A stretch of DNA of 64,000 nucleotides from Trichoplax sp. H2 (Eukaryota), in assembly GCA_003344405.1 (NCBI GenBank), contig NOWV01000027.1:372001-436000 (forward strand), read 5' to 3'. The notes below the pieces were generated by a model. It ran no database searches. It was not told the DNA's origin and saw only the letters and a program-made list of their open reading frames with translations. Positions 27,485 through 41,400 of the stretch are shown in pieces (the stretch's first letter is position 1; each line of letters begins with the position of its first letter). Both the position numbers and the translations under genes were made by a program.

Positions 27485-28227
27485 ATTGCAATGAAGCATT
27501 TATAAGTATGTAAAAGTACATTATTGTACAGTACTGTTACGTCCATCGAAATTGGCATGGCTGAGGGTCAGATGAGATCGACGCGTAAAATAGATTTTGG
27601 GGGCAAGATACAAGTCCAGTGTACACTGTACAGTATACTGTAGTACTGTATTACTGTACTGTACACTGTACAGTGGTGTTAGGGACTATCTAAAGACTAA
27701 TACAGTACTGTACAGTACAGTACTATTAAAGTCTTCCAAGTCCCTGGTACAGTACAGTACTGTACAGTACAGTACACTACACGCTCGGTAGAAGAAAAAG
27801 TACTGTACGCTTTTCCTAAACCGTCTCGAATTGTACTGTACAGAGAGGGGGNNNNNNNNNNNNNNNNNNNNATTGCAATGAAGCATTTATAAGTATGTAA
27901 AAGTATATTATTGTACAGTCCTGTTACGTCCATCGAAATTGGCATGGCTGGGTCAGATGAGATCGACGCGTAAAATAGATTTTTGGGGGCAAGATACAAG
28001 TCCAGTGTACACTGTACAGTACAGTACGTACAGTATACTGTAGTATTACAGTACTGTACACTGTACAGTGGTGTTAGGGACTATCTAAAGACTAATACAG
28101 TACTATTAAAGTCTTCCAAGTCCCTGGTACAGTACAGTACACTACACGCTCGGTAGAAGAAAAAGTACTGTACGCTTTTCCTAAATCGTCTCTAATTGTA
28201 CTGTACAGTACTGTACAGAGAGAGGGG
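27485..28227. repeat. Direct duplication (~360 bp, two copies) separated and followed by 20-N gaps
   Basis: 27485-27851 and 27872-28227 are near-identical (ATTGCAATGAAGCATTTATAAG...GAGAGGGG) apart from small indels. Gaps lie at 27852-27871 and 28228-28247. Confidence 0.85.
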
Positions 28228-29489
28228 NNNNNNNNNNNNNNNNNNNNAAATAAATAAAAAAAAAAATAAAATCTATAAAATATACAGTACTGTATATACA
28301 GTATACTGTATACACAGCATACTGTATATATAAAATAATAAACACTGTACGCTTATTAGAATAGAACAACGCACTGTACTTGCTGCTCTGTAAAACAACC
28401 AAGCCTAAATTGGAACGTTTTCATACGAGTGTTGTAGTACTGTACTTTATGTACAGTGTTCCCCGCTGACAGCCACATTATTATAGCCTAAGTTACTGGA
28501 AGTGCGTTTCCATTCGTTGCAAATTTTCTTGCCTTTCGCCTTACATCGCCGAAATTCGACCGAAAGAACAACTGCAGAAACTATTGACTCGTAGAATACG
28601 ATTAAGATCTCATTTTTTTGGCCACTGCGCTTTTGCAAATCATGACGTAAAAATAGTACAATACTAATTAAGTACAAGTACACAACGCTACGCCTAAGAC
28701 GCGAGTTGGTTACTGATTTTGTGTGATGCCTACTTTCAACAAGCCCTGATGGCAAATGATTTGATTTATTCATTTCCATATGGTACACGGTGATCTCAAT
28801 TAATGCCTTAATTATTGTTAGCTTATAGCTCGATTGTTCACATTCTGGGAATTAGAAAGGTTTATTTTACAGCATTGGGTTTATCTTTCTATTCTTTGCC
28901 ACTGAATCTACGGAATATCAACTGGAAATTGTTGTGGTTGTACCGTATCGTGGTGGCTCAACCTTGGTCGTTCTCATAACACACTTGCTACATACTGTAT
29001 TATACTAGACTGTGGTGTATCTTGCTTTGGTGCCTCGCTTACAAGACTGTATACTGTAGTGTGGAGAATACGCACGCACTGTCGGCGTGGAGTGTACGCT
29101 ACTGAGTACGTACCGACATTGTAAAAGTCGTCAAGCTTGACAACACTGTGAATGTCGAACGCATTGGTTGGCGTCGGTCATCGGCCATTCATTAGCATTG
29201 CTAGACGTAGAAAGACGACTAACTTGTTGCTAAATTAACTACTTTCAGAATTTTCCATCATAAAACTCAAGGCAGTAAGTCTTTGCTTGCATTAATAACT
29301 TAATCCCTCCCTAGAAGACCTGTTGTTGTACAAGTCTACACCAAGCGCCAAGAAAGACAGAAACTGGAAGTACGGTACTAGTCTTATAGTCCCCTAGTGT
29401 GATTGACGAAGACGTGCTGGCTCCAATAATTGACTTTGTTGGAGGGTGGAACCCTTTTTGGTTGGTCACTCGTGTACAAACAGTTAAGT

Positions 29490-32400
29490 ATGAGTAGGAC
29501 TATAATTACTGGCAACCTCAATCAACAACATATGGACAAGTTGATTGATGATGATAATAGCGTGCATGACGCTATTATTGATCCAACAGTGGCAACCAAG
29601 AACAGCGAACAGCTAGCGCAGTTAAATACAATTTCTCAAGAAAACTTGAATACTTCAACTGATCACAAATCACAATCTGGAGACAACGCTACAGAGTCAA
29701 CGGATGACTCCGTCAATCAAAGAAGAACTCCGTTGTCAGAAGAAAGAAATTTAAAGAAAATTATTAGCTGCCCGCAAATTTTATACAGCTCTTACGACGA
29801 TAACAAAACTGCGAACAAAACTATTTCCAACGATATAACAAATAACTCGACACCAAATAGCTGTAGTAACTCAGATAGTCATTCCGACGAATTAGCTACT
29901 GCAAACGTTGCATTAAATAAACAGAATATCGACAGAATACAGGAAGACAGTCTTAGCGACAATCAGACCATGAAAATGGTTCGTGAAGATCATCATTCGA
30001 TGAGAGCTGGCGCTACTTCCTTGCCGTCGCTAACAAATGCTTCTCACATCACTAATGGTGATTCAAGCGATAACCGGTCATCCGTTTCGCTCGAGAATAT
30101 CCTAAAAAAGACCAGCAAGTCGTCTAGGCAGTCTAGAAAACCACGTAGTATCAGTGTCGATTCTCTAACTCCTCCGCGGCATTTAAGCACGCCTCATAGT
30201 GAAACTTCAGATGACGATTTATCGGACGATTATGAAGAACAACGTAAGCCAAAAAAGGTATGTTCAAATTCTTGAACAGCTCGAGATTCAATCAAAAACA
30301 AATTCTTTAGCCTCATAATTACATTACAAATTATCTTTTGGTGTATGACTGTATAAAAGACCACAGTAAAAATTGACGACAGTATTGATGCGGGTAATAA
30401 TGCAGGCCGTTGCACTAGATTGTATAGAACGTACCCCAATGGAGTCTCTCATTTTCAGTACACTTGCAAATTATTATTTCATTATATAATTAGTACTGTG
30501 CATTTAACAAACGAGCTTTGTAAATAGTTTTTAAATTTGGAGTTCTAATACAAAAATATACAGTGATTTTGATGTCGATCAATCAAAATGCTACACGACG
30601 ATCTTCCCCAATGGTTTAATCAGCCAGTATTGCTAACAAGAGAGGCATCAATCCAAGCAGAACTTTTTCAAATAATTTAGAAGGGAATTTTTTGGCGTTA
30701 ATTATTTTTCGACAAGATACTATTATCTACTGGCCATATTGCATATACAATATCTTGTAGAATTGTACGTCACGATGTTGCACATTGTCCAAGTAAACGA
30801 CGAATGCGACGTCGGTCGATCGCGCAGTTGTTTGCCACAACTTAGGTACTCTGTTTGGGATAAATTGGAAAGACCATCACCAGCGATAAGATAAATTTTT
30901 TTTATTTTATTATATTTATTTTATTTTATTTACTATTCCATCCAGTCCAAGCGGTATGCAGCAATCAAGGCGTTTAATTTACCATTTAAAATTAAAGAAT
31001 CGTATAGGGTTTTTGGGTATAACAAACTACGTAGAGTATGCATGTAGATATGTAGTGCGCCACTACGATGTCTACTTCGATAACAATCGACTGGAAAATG
31101 TCGATTTATCGCTTAACAATGATACCAAATTTTCCAAGGTAAAAAATAAATCTAAGAAGTGTTTGCTGGATATGTACTATAAAGCTCAGTCTTATACAAA
31201 TTGAAAATGACCTGCAGTCAGCACTAATTTATAAAGCAATGCCGATCACGATTTGTGGCTTGTACTTTGCAAAGGCACAAAACAGTGTATAATCTGATAA
31301 CACTTTACTCCTTGGAATTTGATCTATTGCAACATTAGCAGCTACTCGACAGTATAGCGAATTATAATTAGTACCATAAAATCAAGGCAAACGTAAATGT
31401 ATTTACTGTGACCATGAACTGCTGTACTACTGTAGGAAGAAGCCCTTCTTACAGTAGTCTATGGGAAATGAGTACAACAATAATTGATATTTCAATGTCA
31501 ATCCAATTGCTGTAACAGTATTATTTCATTATCGATAATTGCTGAGTGATAAAGTACAAATGTTCATACAGAGCGCGTCTCTAGGTCATTGAATTGAATA
31601 TATACAATTTACGATGCAGTCCAATGGTACATAAAATAATATGGTAATGAAGCAATAGCGTAATTAGAATTATCGCAGTATGATCGGTGTCTATCAATCC
31701 AAAGGTTTTTATTGCTTTCCTATACAACGGTTGTACAGCGATTGCTATTAGTTCATGGCGATAAGCCTAAGTATCGTTCCTTAGCAGTACTGTCAATACC
31801 ATCAATTACGGTCGATTTCTGGCTTGAAAGAACGATACCATTGACCGACTGATTTATTGATACGCATACTGTAAAGGTAGTATAAAAGTGCTACTGTATT
31901 TACGATTCCTACGCGCTTACAGGTCTTTCTTTGACTCGCAATTAGGCTTTACAATGGTCATCGCTTTTTAATGACATGGTGTTATCTTAGACTATAGCAT
32001 GTTTTGCTGTTATTATTAATTCCATTTTTATTAATCGACCTATCCGCTATATTTGCTTGACATTTTTGATCGTTTTTGTTAGCACTGGTAGAATATTATG
32101 ATGTAATTATGAATTATTAATTGCTTCAACACTCCCAGTAGTGTTTGGAGTTGATGTTTTTGTATTTAGCTTTGTACAGTAGCGTACGATACATTCAAAA
32201 TTGCTTACTGGTACGATAGACCGTCTAGTCTAAAGTACTGTAGTTATATTGCACAATCCTGTACACTTCCAATTTAGTTTTGTAGGCAAAAAATTGCACA
32301 TATCCATGTTTATGTATTTATCATTCTATGCTCTTGCATACTTTTAAAATGATGTAAAGTCTACCTAATGTTGGACTACGAGAATTTAGTACATGAGCAG

Positions 32401-35400
32401 CGCTTGACAATATGTATTATTCTACTCAGAACGCGATTTTCAAGCATGTTCTTACCCAACTGTACAGTAATCAGTGCTCTCCACGTTTCCAACTCTTACA
32501 AACAAACCTTGTTTATCGTACTGGGCACGATAGTAAGGTCCTACCCCTATATCTCTGAAATTGTGATTTGCACATCGCAATATTTATTTTGATTAGTATT
32601 GACTGATGGATGACTAGATCACTTCTACAGTACAGTACAGTAGGTATGCCGCTATGCTATGTTGATGGCAATTGAATGTTTTAGTAGGAGCAACTACGGT
32701 TTTAAATGGACCCCAATTTTTCGTGTCGAAGCCATCCATTTTAAAAATTATATTTTACTGTTATATATAGATAATAATTCATAATAACATAGCAGAGACT
32801 AGGAGTCTCTGGCCATACGCTATATCCTATCCACTGAATAAGAGAAGAGAATGGCTGCTAATTAGCGAAGACTTTACTGTGTACAGTACTGTAGAAAGGG
32901 ATTCTGTACTGTAATGTAGACCGGAGAAGGTTTGGTATAGTACACAAGACACTACTGCACAGTAGTGTAAGTAACCTGATACAAACTGACATTCGCTATG
33001 AATAGTGAAAAACGATGGGTAAAACGTCTCCAAAATACCAATCAATCAATCATAACAGTTACGGATCTTGCTATACATGAAAGTCTCATTAGAATTGAGT
33101 TGAGCAGGTAATAGCGCTAAATTTGCAACTGAAACGTAGAGTAAAATAGAATCATGGTGTTAAAAAGTAGATGTTTTGAAATGGCGGTACTCCCGACAGT
33201 ACATCCTGTACAGTGTACAGTCTACAGTACTGTATAATATTAGTGTACTGTACGTAGAACAATGTACTGTATTTTCGGTCAAACTATCGAATGGAATGGA
33301 TCACGTGGTACAGTAGTATACAATAGGCTTACAGTGACGTGCGGACAGTACTGTACTTAGTATTGTACTGCCGAATGGAAGGGATCACATGGTACGGTAT
33401 TGTACAAAGCAAACTATCGAATGGAATAGATCACGTGGTACTGTCTTGCACAATAGGCTTACAGTGACATGCGTACAGTACAACAGAGGACAGTACTGTA
33501 ACCTACTGTACTTAGTATTGTACTTCTTTTTCAACTTGCAACTTGTCTCCAAGTTGGGAAGTTAATGCTAATTTCATTTGGCTTGCCCCAATTTTTCTGT
33601 GCATTACTATTATACCATACAGAATAGAATGTTGACGCCATTCAACTTGATGAAGTTGAGGGTTTGCAACCAACCAGTATTGACTTCAAAAGTACTTTAC
33701 CATCGTACATGACATTAATTCACCAACTTGTACTAACTGGTCGCATTAGATAATTGATGAAGGAGATTGCTTCGAACAATACAGTACTATGGGTGATATT
33801 GTACTATCTATTTTGACAATCAACATAGTGATACTGGTAACAATATCGCTGCAAGACTCTAGTATAACTGTCAATATGGAAATGAATTGAGGTGTATAGA
33901 ATAGAATCGAGACGAGTATACAGACTAGGCTGCCTACCTATGGCTTACTACACCATCTCCAATTCTCTATGCTACAAGATTTCTCACACTTATTTACCCT
34001 ACTAGCCCATAACATCCAGTTGTGTCGTCCACCTTCGACTCTGTTGTACGTTTAGTACAAAGACAAAAACATCGATCATCATCGATGGAGATATCGTGGT
34101 AGTAGGATGCTTTTTACAACACTATACTACCTTACTGCTAGCTATTCTTAGTGCACTGTAGAAATATTGATAGCATCATTCACTTCAAAACTGACTGGAA
34201 ACGCCAATTCCATTCAATTCTTTCCACATTTATCAATCAATCACGTAAGAAATCGTAAACGTTGACAAATCGTAAGTACTCTATATCATTTCCAATGGGA
34301 TTTTGATTCAGTATGATCGCTCCCCCCCGCATAAAATAAAAAGTTTCCATTTATTACGAATTTCTATCAGCTGATCCAAATGGATGCCTCAAAGTTACGT
34401 TAGTTTGGTAATCACCAAACTAGTTCATCGTCAACTTAGCACTTATTAAGGTTATCCATGATCATGATAGTAATCACTGTAATCGGCAACTATCATTGAC
34501 CATCATTGAAGCTTTGCCTACCAATCGGTAGTATTCGTAAAGAGTCTTACTGTTCTAACCAACAGTCTCAACATAAGAGGGAAACGATACGTATCCTGAT
34601 GCATTTTTAGCATGGTAGTATTGATTACTAGCTGACACTACCTCTAGAAGACATACATTATTTTATATTGCTTAAAGTTAGCAGTACGTATATGCTTTTA
34701 CCAATAGATTGCTAACTTTCAAGGTCTTGAGATGGCTTCTTTGGTAATACTTGAAGAGTTCGAATTTGCCCAATGACAACGTCGATTGTAGTAAATGGTG
34801 TTGTTTGTCAACTCTTCGATAAAACGTCTCATTTACAAGACTTTAAATGAAAGCCGTCGCGATCAAATTATATTCATGATCTATTTTTCGCTTTACAAGC
34901 CATCTTTTTTCTTTGAATTTGCTGTAGAAACACTATACTAGACGACCCATGTTGTTATCATGACTTGTAATTTTTCCAAGAACAATACTTCTTTAATGAC
35001 TTACTGTTTTACACTATATCATTACAATGTCTTTTAAGTGGTTTTATTTTTTTTTTGAAGACGCTATTTGTGTGTAATTATCTACAAGTAGAAAGAAATC
35101 TTTCACAAAATTCATCTGTGAGAATATATTTAAGTAGCTTGTTTGATTAATTAGTAACGGTTAAATTCTAACCGTAGACGAGTGGGCATTACCCTTCCTT
35201 TTGATTAGAATGAAGTTAGAATTGAGGTTTTAATTAATTTTTATATGCAAGATCAAAAAAGAGTTAGCGACTTGTCTACTACTCTTCAGTCTCGATATTA
35301 TATCGACTTACAGGAGTAGATTTCATTTATCCTCAACTGTTGTCGCCATTCCATTGACATCACAGTTTCCAGAAAGTTGAGCTTTTGCTAATACAATATT

Positions 35401-38400
35401 GGTACAGTAGATCAAAGCGTACAGAACAGTAGAATGTTAAAAGTCCTGAACATTCTTCTTTCTTGAGTGCCAAAAGGTCATCGGTTGAATCGATAAATTA
35501 TTCTACTATAATACATTATATACATATACATGTAGGTATATGTTCAACTACGTCAATATTGAAATTAAGTATTGAAGAATATGTAATATAAGGGTACTGT
35601 ACATTTCATCTGTATTTTTATTCGTGCTGCAAATACCAACATGCTTGCGGAAAAAAATCTTATAATTGACTCTATGTATTCTCCAAAGGACCTATTATTA
35701 TCTGACCGCTTAATTTTTTTGTAGTGCAGTTGATATTGTACGCCTCTTCTAAACATGCAAGTGCCTATAATTTTCGGTCGGTTTTTACATTAGCCCTTTG
35801 TGAATGGTTGGTTATGCAGTACGGGCAAGTGCCTATGATTTTCGATTGGTTTTTACATTAGCCCTTTGTGAATGGTTATACAGTAAAGGCAAGTGCTTAT
35901 GATTTTCGATCGGTTGTTACATTAGCTCTTTAGGAATGGTTATACAGGACAACGTTACTTTTTTCTTTAAACTCAGAATTATACCGTTAATATTGTACAG
36001 TACTACTCTATTCTAATTATCTCCTTATATGGTCTATCTATCAGTAATTTTCATAAAATTATTTTATTCGTATGTATTTTACACATGTGTGAACGTGTTG
36101 AGTGAGAAGGCTTGACTAGCCTATAGTCAACAAGGTTCATGCTTGTATAATATCGACCAAATTATACCCTACTTCGTAGATGCGGATAGTTTGTATTTAC
36201 ATACTCACTATCTCGTTAAGGGATCTTTTATCAAACTATGGGTTACAATTATTCTACTTCTACTTCTATGGTACTCATTCAGAATCTGTAAGAGGTTTTA
36301 TAGTCTGTCAATTTGAATCACACGATAGCACTGTAATTTTTCTTTTGCAAGTTCCTAATTTGGTAAATGTATAAATATTGTGAAACTGCTATTAGCGTTT
36401 ACGTTTTCAATTTACAAGTACTTTAGTTATCGCATCTGTTTTGCTAGATTGAGTGTGGGCCATGTTCTAGTAGTGGTTTTAAGGGTTTATCATTCGACTT
36501 CTTGCAACGTTTAGCAATTAACAGTAATATTTTTATGATTTGTATGATTCATCGAGCTTTAAAGTCTTATTGTTCTATCATGACTTACGAACTACAAATC
36601 ACACAGTAATTGAATTGCTTTGGCCTGTTATGCACGAGTACTGCCGGCGACTTTATTAGAATCCAAATGGACACTCCCTATTAGATAGAGCAGATATAGA
36701 TGATCCTGTTATCTATCTGATCGGAAATTGTTAAATTGAACAGCAGTTACTTTTTGATCATCTCATACAGTATGTGCATATCTACTCGGCATGTTAGTTC
36801 AATCGATACAATGCTATAAAGTGATATTATTACTAATAGCACGTCGTTAAATTTAGGTCATTATTTCGCTGCTGAGTTTTTGTGTTGTTTTAGACTCGTA
36901 CTTAATCAATATGACGATTGTCTGCGGCTTTCTAATACATATACGGTGCTATTTGTTGTATTGAAATTGTGCTGCATTTCGTGCCGCGCAGGGTGAGCAT
37001 GGGGTAGTTGAATTATGAACGAATAGTGAGTTAACTAAATTTACAATTGACTTATTTGAACAATGTGTAACACAAATTACACTAGAGACTGGTAGGCCAT
37101 GATTACCCCTATGAGACTTCAATGTCTATATAATTTCTACGGTATATTGAATTAAAATTTAGGTCAAGGCATTTAACTCACTAATTTTAATACCAGCAGC
37201 AGAGAGAGACCCGTTATTGGTTCACACTAGAGAGCCTTTAGTTCAAACAATGTATCAGCAATTATTGCATTCTATAGTGGATGCAATTGTTAAATACTGT
37301 ATTGCTGACAGCAAATTGCAGTGCTAATTGGCCTAGATTGATTAATATACTGCACTTAGTCTGTCATATTCTCGAAGGCTTAATTTTTATATAAAAATTT
37401 TCATTTTTAAAATTGACTATAGTTCTAATTATACATCATTAGTCAGACGATTATTATGACATGTTACATAGTAAACGTTTATTTGTTGATTTGTTAGACC
37501 GAAGCAAAATAGAACTGCACCTATTTGAGTTCTCGAATACGCGTATCATTAGAGTAAAGGTTAAATTTACAAGCTTAGCATAACACATAATATACCACAG
37601 AGATGACCCTTTATCTTTGATTTAGTTTGGATGTGACAAAAATACATGTGAGATATTCCTATACTGTAATTTAAGCTATCGAACCTATAGATATCATGTA
37701 CGATGTGTATACCTGTATCCATTTTTATCCATGGATGACTATGTAAACGCCAGCTGTGCCGTATTTGACAGCGCAGCCTTGACATTCTGGATACAACTGT
37801 TGTGTAGAATGATACTACAGTAGGCGGAATACTGTTTCATAATAATGCATATACTACATTGTCTGTCCGGTGGCACCCATGCTGTGCATATAGAAACAAG
37901 TTTCTTTAGATTTATTTCGACTCCCATCATACGGTGGGACAGTTTCATGCTGTTGTCCTGTATTCATAATAATAATCATTATTGAACTTAGCGAAAAAAA
38001 TATGGAAAGCTTAACGAAATGCCAATAGCCTACTATTCTATCAGTCGGTGCCATGTTGCTGTATGATGAGCGGCCATTGTCTGGAAAGACGACGATGTTT
38101 ATAACATGAAGGTTAAAAACGCTAAAAATAAATACTGAACGCCTTGAGTGCTGTCTAGAAAGGAATGCGATGGCGTCATAACGTAGACGTGATGATTAAG
38201 ATATTCGAGTCTATACTGTATAATTAGTAATTATTTTGCCGGTCTAGGACGATACTATCATATCATCGACATCAAGATCTGCGACAATGACTGTATTATA
38301 AACGTTACCTTTCTGATACTTACTATTACGTAATAGTGGATGATAATGGATATTGCCAACATTTTTAACTATTAGAATTTCCCTATCCAAACGGCTACGT

Positions 38401-41400
38401 TTTATTTTTTAACTGTACTGTAGTAAGGGATATACTGTATATCATAACGTACTGACTTCTAGTATTTTTGAAGCCAGCCCTGTGAATTATACTACAATAG
38501 GTACCGTTTTGTCTGCTTTTACTATATAGATCACCGAGATTATACTGGACTGTACTGCGAGCGGCATGGGGGATCGTTCCATGATATATTATTGATTTGC
38601 TTCGGTATATGTACAGTACAGTATTTAAGCTACAATAGTTTCATGTAGCATTGTACTCTTGATTTTAAATCAGAAGCCTTGCAACAGCGATTAGATCACC
38701 TGTAGCGATCACTGATTTTGGGTTATAATTATGTTCAATCGTGTGCTTTTTGTAGATTGGTTATTTTGTAGTCGCTCAAATATTGTCTTGTATTAACTTA
38801 TTGGTAGACCCCTATTATTATTTTGATAGTACTGTACTATACTACTCGACGTTTACAAGAAGATTGGAAGCAGAATATAGCAGCACGTTATTTACAAATA
38901 CTGTGTTACGTCTGATTCTTTTTCTTCAGAAGAGGTATTTAATGACCAAATGAAATTAGTTTCAAGTTATCATTTTGTATCAATATAGAGAAAAAAATGC
39001 TACGTTAAATTATTCACTATTCAGCGCTTCCTATCGATTGTATTGGTTGATATTTGTCCTAGCTACCAATATTCGTAAACTGACATGATGAAACCCATGA
39101 AAAAAATATATCATATGGTGCTGTATTGACGCGCTAACGAGTTGACTATATAATAAATAAGCAAATTGACACAAAAGGAATAGAACACAATCTTGTATAA
39201 AATCGTTCATTTAGACGTAAGTAAGTCACACTATTGAATGCATTGTTCTTGTATCGTTTATCGCGGAAAATTTCGATTATTTTACTTGCAAGTTAAGTTT
39301 AGCTCGAGTGATCGACCAATTCGATCATAAACATAGAAGAAGATAAATCAGACGTTTAACCACAGTATCTCTGTATGGGAGGAGGGGGGGGGGGCATCGG
39401 CGCCGTAGGAGGCTATGATGAACGATTTCTGAGACGCTGTATTTTGTTTTTAATTAAAAGCCTGAACTTACTAGTCACGACATTACAGTCTATTCTAGTT
39501 GATGATAATGATAACTGTTAGCATTTCTAGACATAATCTACTACGTCAGTTTTTTATATCATATGGCTTGGCTAATTAATTGAGTTATCACTGTAATTAC
39601 GGCTTTGCTAGAGTCTCTTCACCATGTCAACTAATTAATGTATCACAAGTGGTAACGTCAATTGGTAAATTATCTTCGTCAATACTGCATCATCGATGAA
39701 TCATTGATTATTAGACTGTAAATTGTACGATTTATCCTCCGATATAAGTACTAGCTTTTCAACTGTATTCACTGTATTTAATGCTGACAATGTTTTATAG
39801 CGTTATTGGAACCTGTCAGTTTTATGCTTTTAAATTAATTTACATTAAAATTACGAAAAACAAATAGTCTGTACCTTTTTTACTGTCAACCATTGTTTAA
39901 GAGCGTAATCAGTTGCTGTCATTATCTCTTACTGCTTACTGGCTATTACTTTAAGATTCCCTTACAGATGTCTTGACTTGTGAAAGTATAAATTTTTTCT
40001 TTTGTACCTTAATATCAAATTCATAAAATACTGTAATATTCTGTAAGAATCCGGGCCCAACTACAGTATCTTATTTGAACTATAGCTTTGCCTCGAATCG
40101 TCTTGGTGCACTTTTATCGGTTAAAACGACTTATCAATCTATAGCAAGAACAGCTCATAAATAATTCTTTATTAAGGCGTTATCAGTGTAAAAGAGTAAT
40201 AAAATTCTAATTTTGAATGATTTGTTGTTTTTTGGTGATATTTTTTACAATAGCCTAGTTCTTGGACAAAAATACGAAATATGATTCACTGGTCGCCATT
40301 TGTACAAGCATTTAAAAGGAAATATCCATGGGTTCAACTTGCTGGTCATCAAGGTCAGTTTAGAATATCCTGTGTAAGATCTGCAGGACCTGCAATCATA
40401 GCATCAAAACTTTTGTCAACAGAATAATAAAACCATCAGTATCTCATCGTGCAACAATCTTTAGATTATCGATACTACTACAATACATATAGCTGTAATT
40501 CAAGAAGATTTAATAATAGATAATTACTTGTCTTGCTGCGATACTTTCTTAATCTATCACAGTGGTAATGGTTAATAGATCAATTACTACCGTAGAATCT
40601 TTCGTTGATAAACGATCAAATAAAATTAATTTACGTTCGTGGGTGCGCTAATATTAATTAATTACTACTATTGTTTTACGTAATGTTATTGAATAGGGAA
40701 TTTTAAGGCTGGTGAAGCGGGTACAATCTTGAAGAAATACGCCCCCAAAGAAAAGGAAGCTTTATCACTCTTGATGAGAGATATTTTGCGTCCCTACGTG
40801 CCTGAATTTCAAAAAGAAGTTATTCGTAATGATGAACGTATCTTTGTCATATATTAATTAACTTTATTTCTAGGAATGATCAAATCCCTATAAACAATAT
40901 TATTCCAGTGCAGTATATGTTTACGAGATATGTTGGCAACTTATTGGCCTACTTAGTTATTGAAATTACCGTTAATAGCTATTGATGTGAATATCTTTAT
41001 TGAGAACATTTTTTAATAATTTCCTTAATAAATCGATTTACAAATAAAGGTTTTATTCAAATGCAAGATTTATTAGGAGATTTTGACACTCCAAGCGTTA
41101 TGGATTTAAAAATGGGAGTTCGGACGTATTTAGAAGAGGAGTTACAAAAAGCTAGGACAAAACCGAAACTGAGACGAGTAATTCTAATATTTGTCACTGT
41201 TTTAGAATTGTTTAGTAATTACTTCAGTTATGCTTCTATTAAGTAATGACTCTATTTTTTCGTTTATTCTAATTAGGATATGTATCAAAAAATGATTGAA
41301 GTTGATCCAAATGAACCAACACCTGAGGAAAGCAAATTAAAAGCTATCACTAAACCACGATACATGCAGTGGCGAGAAAATGCTAGTTCCACTGCATCGT

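Noticed and set aside
25854..28402. Tyr/Cys/Thr/Val-rich ORFs in the ORF track
   Set aside because: These are translations of TACAG/CTGTAC repeats, and some cross N gaps.
30956..31204. 82-aa ORF with a phase-0 donor at 31138 as an alternative IP3K exon
   Set aside because: No recognisable homology and the composition is intron-like. It cannot be supported without transcripts.
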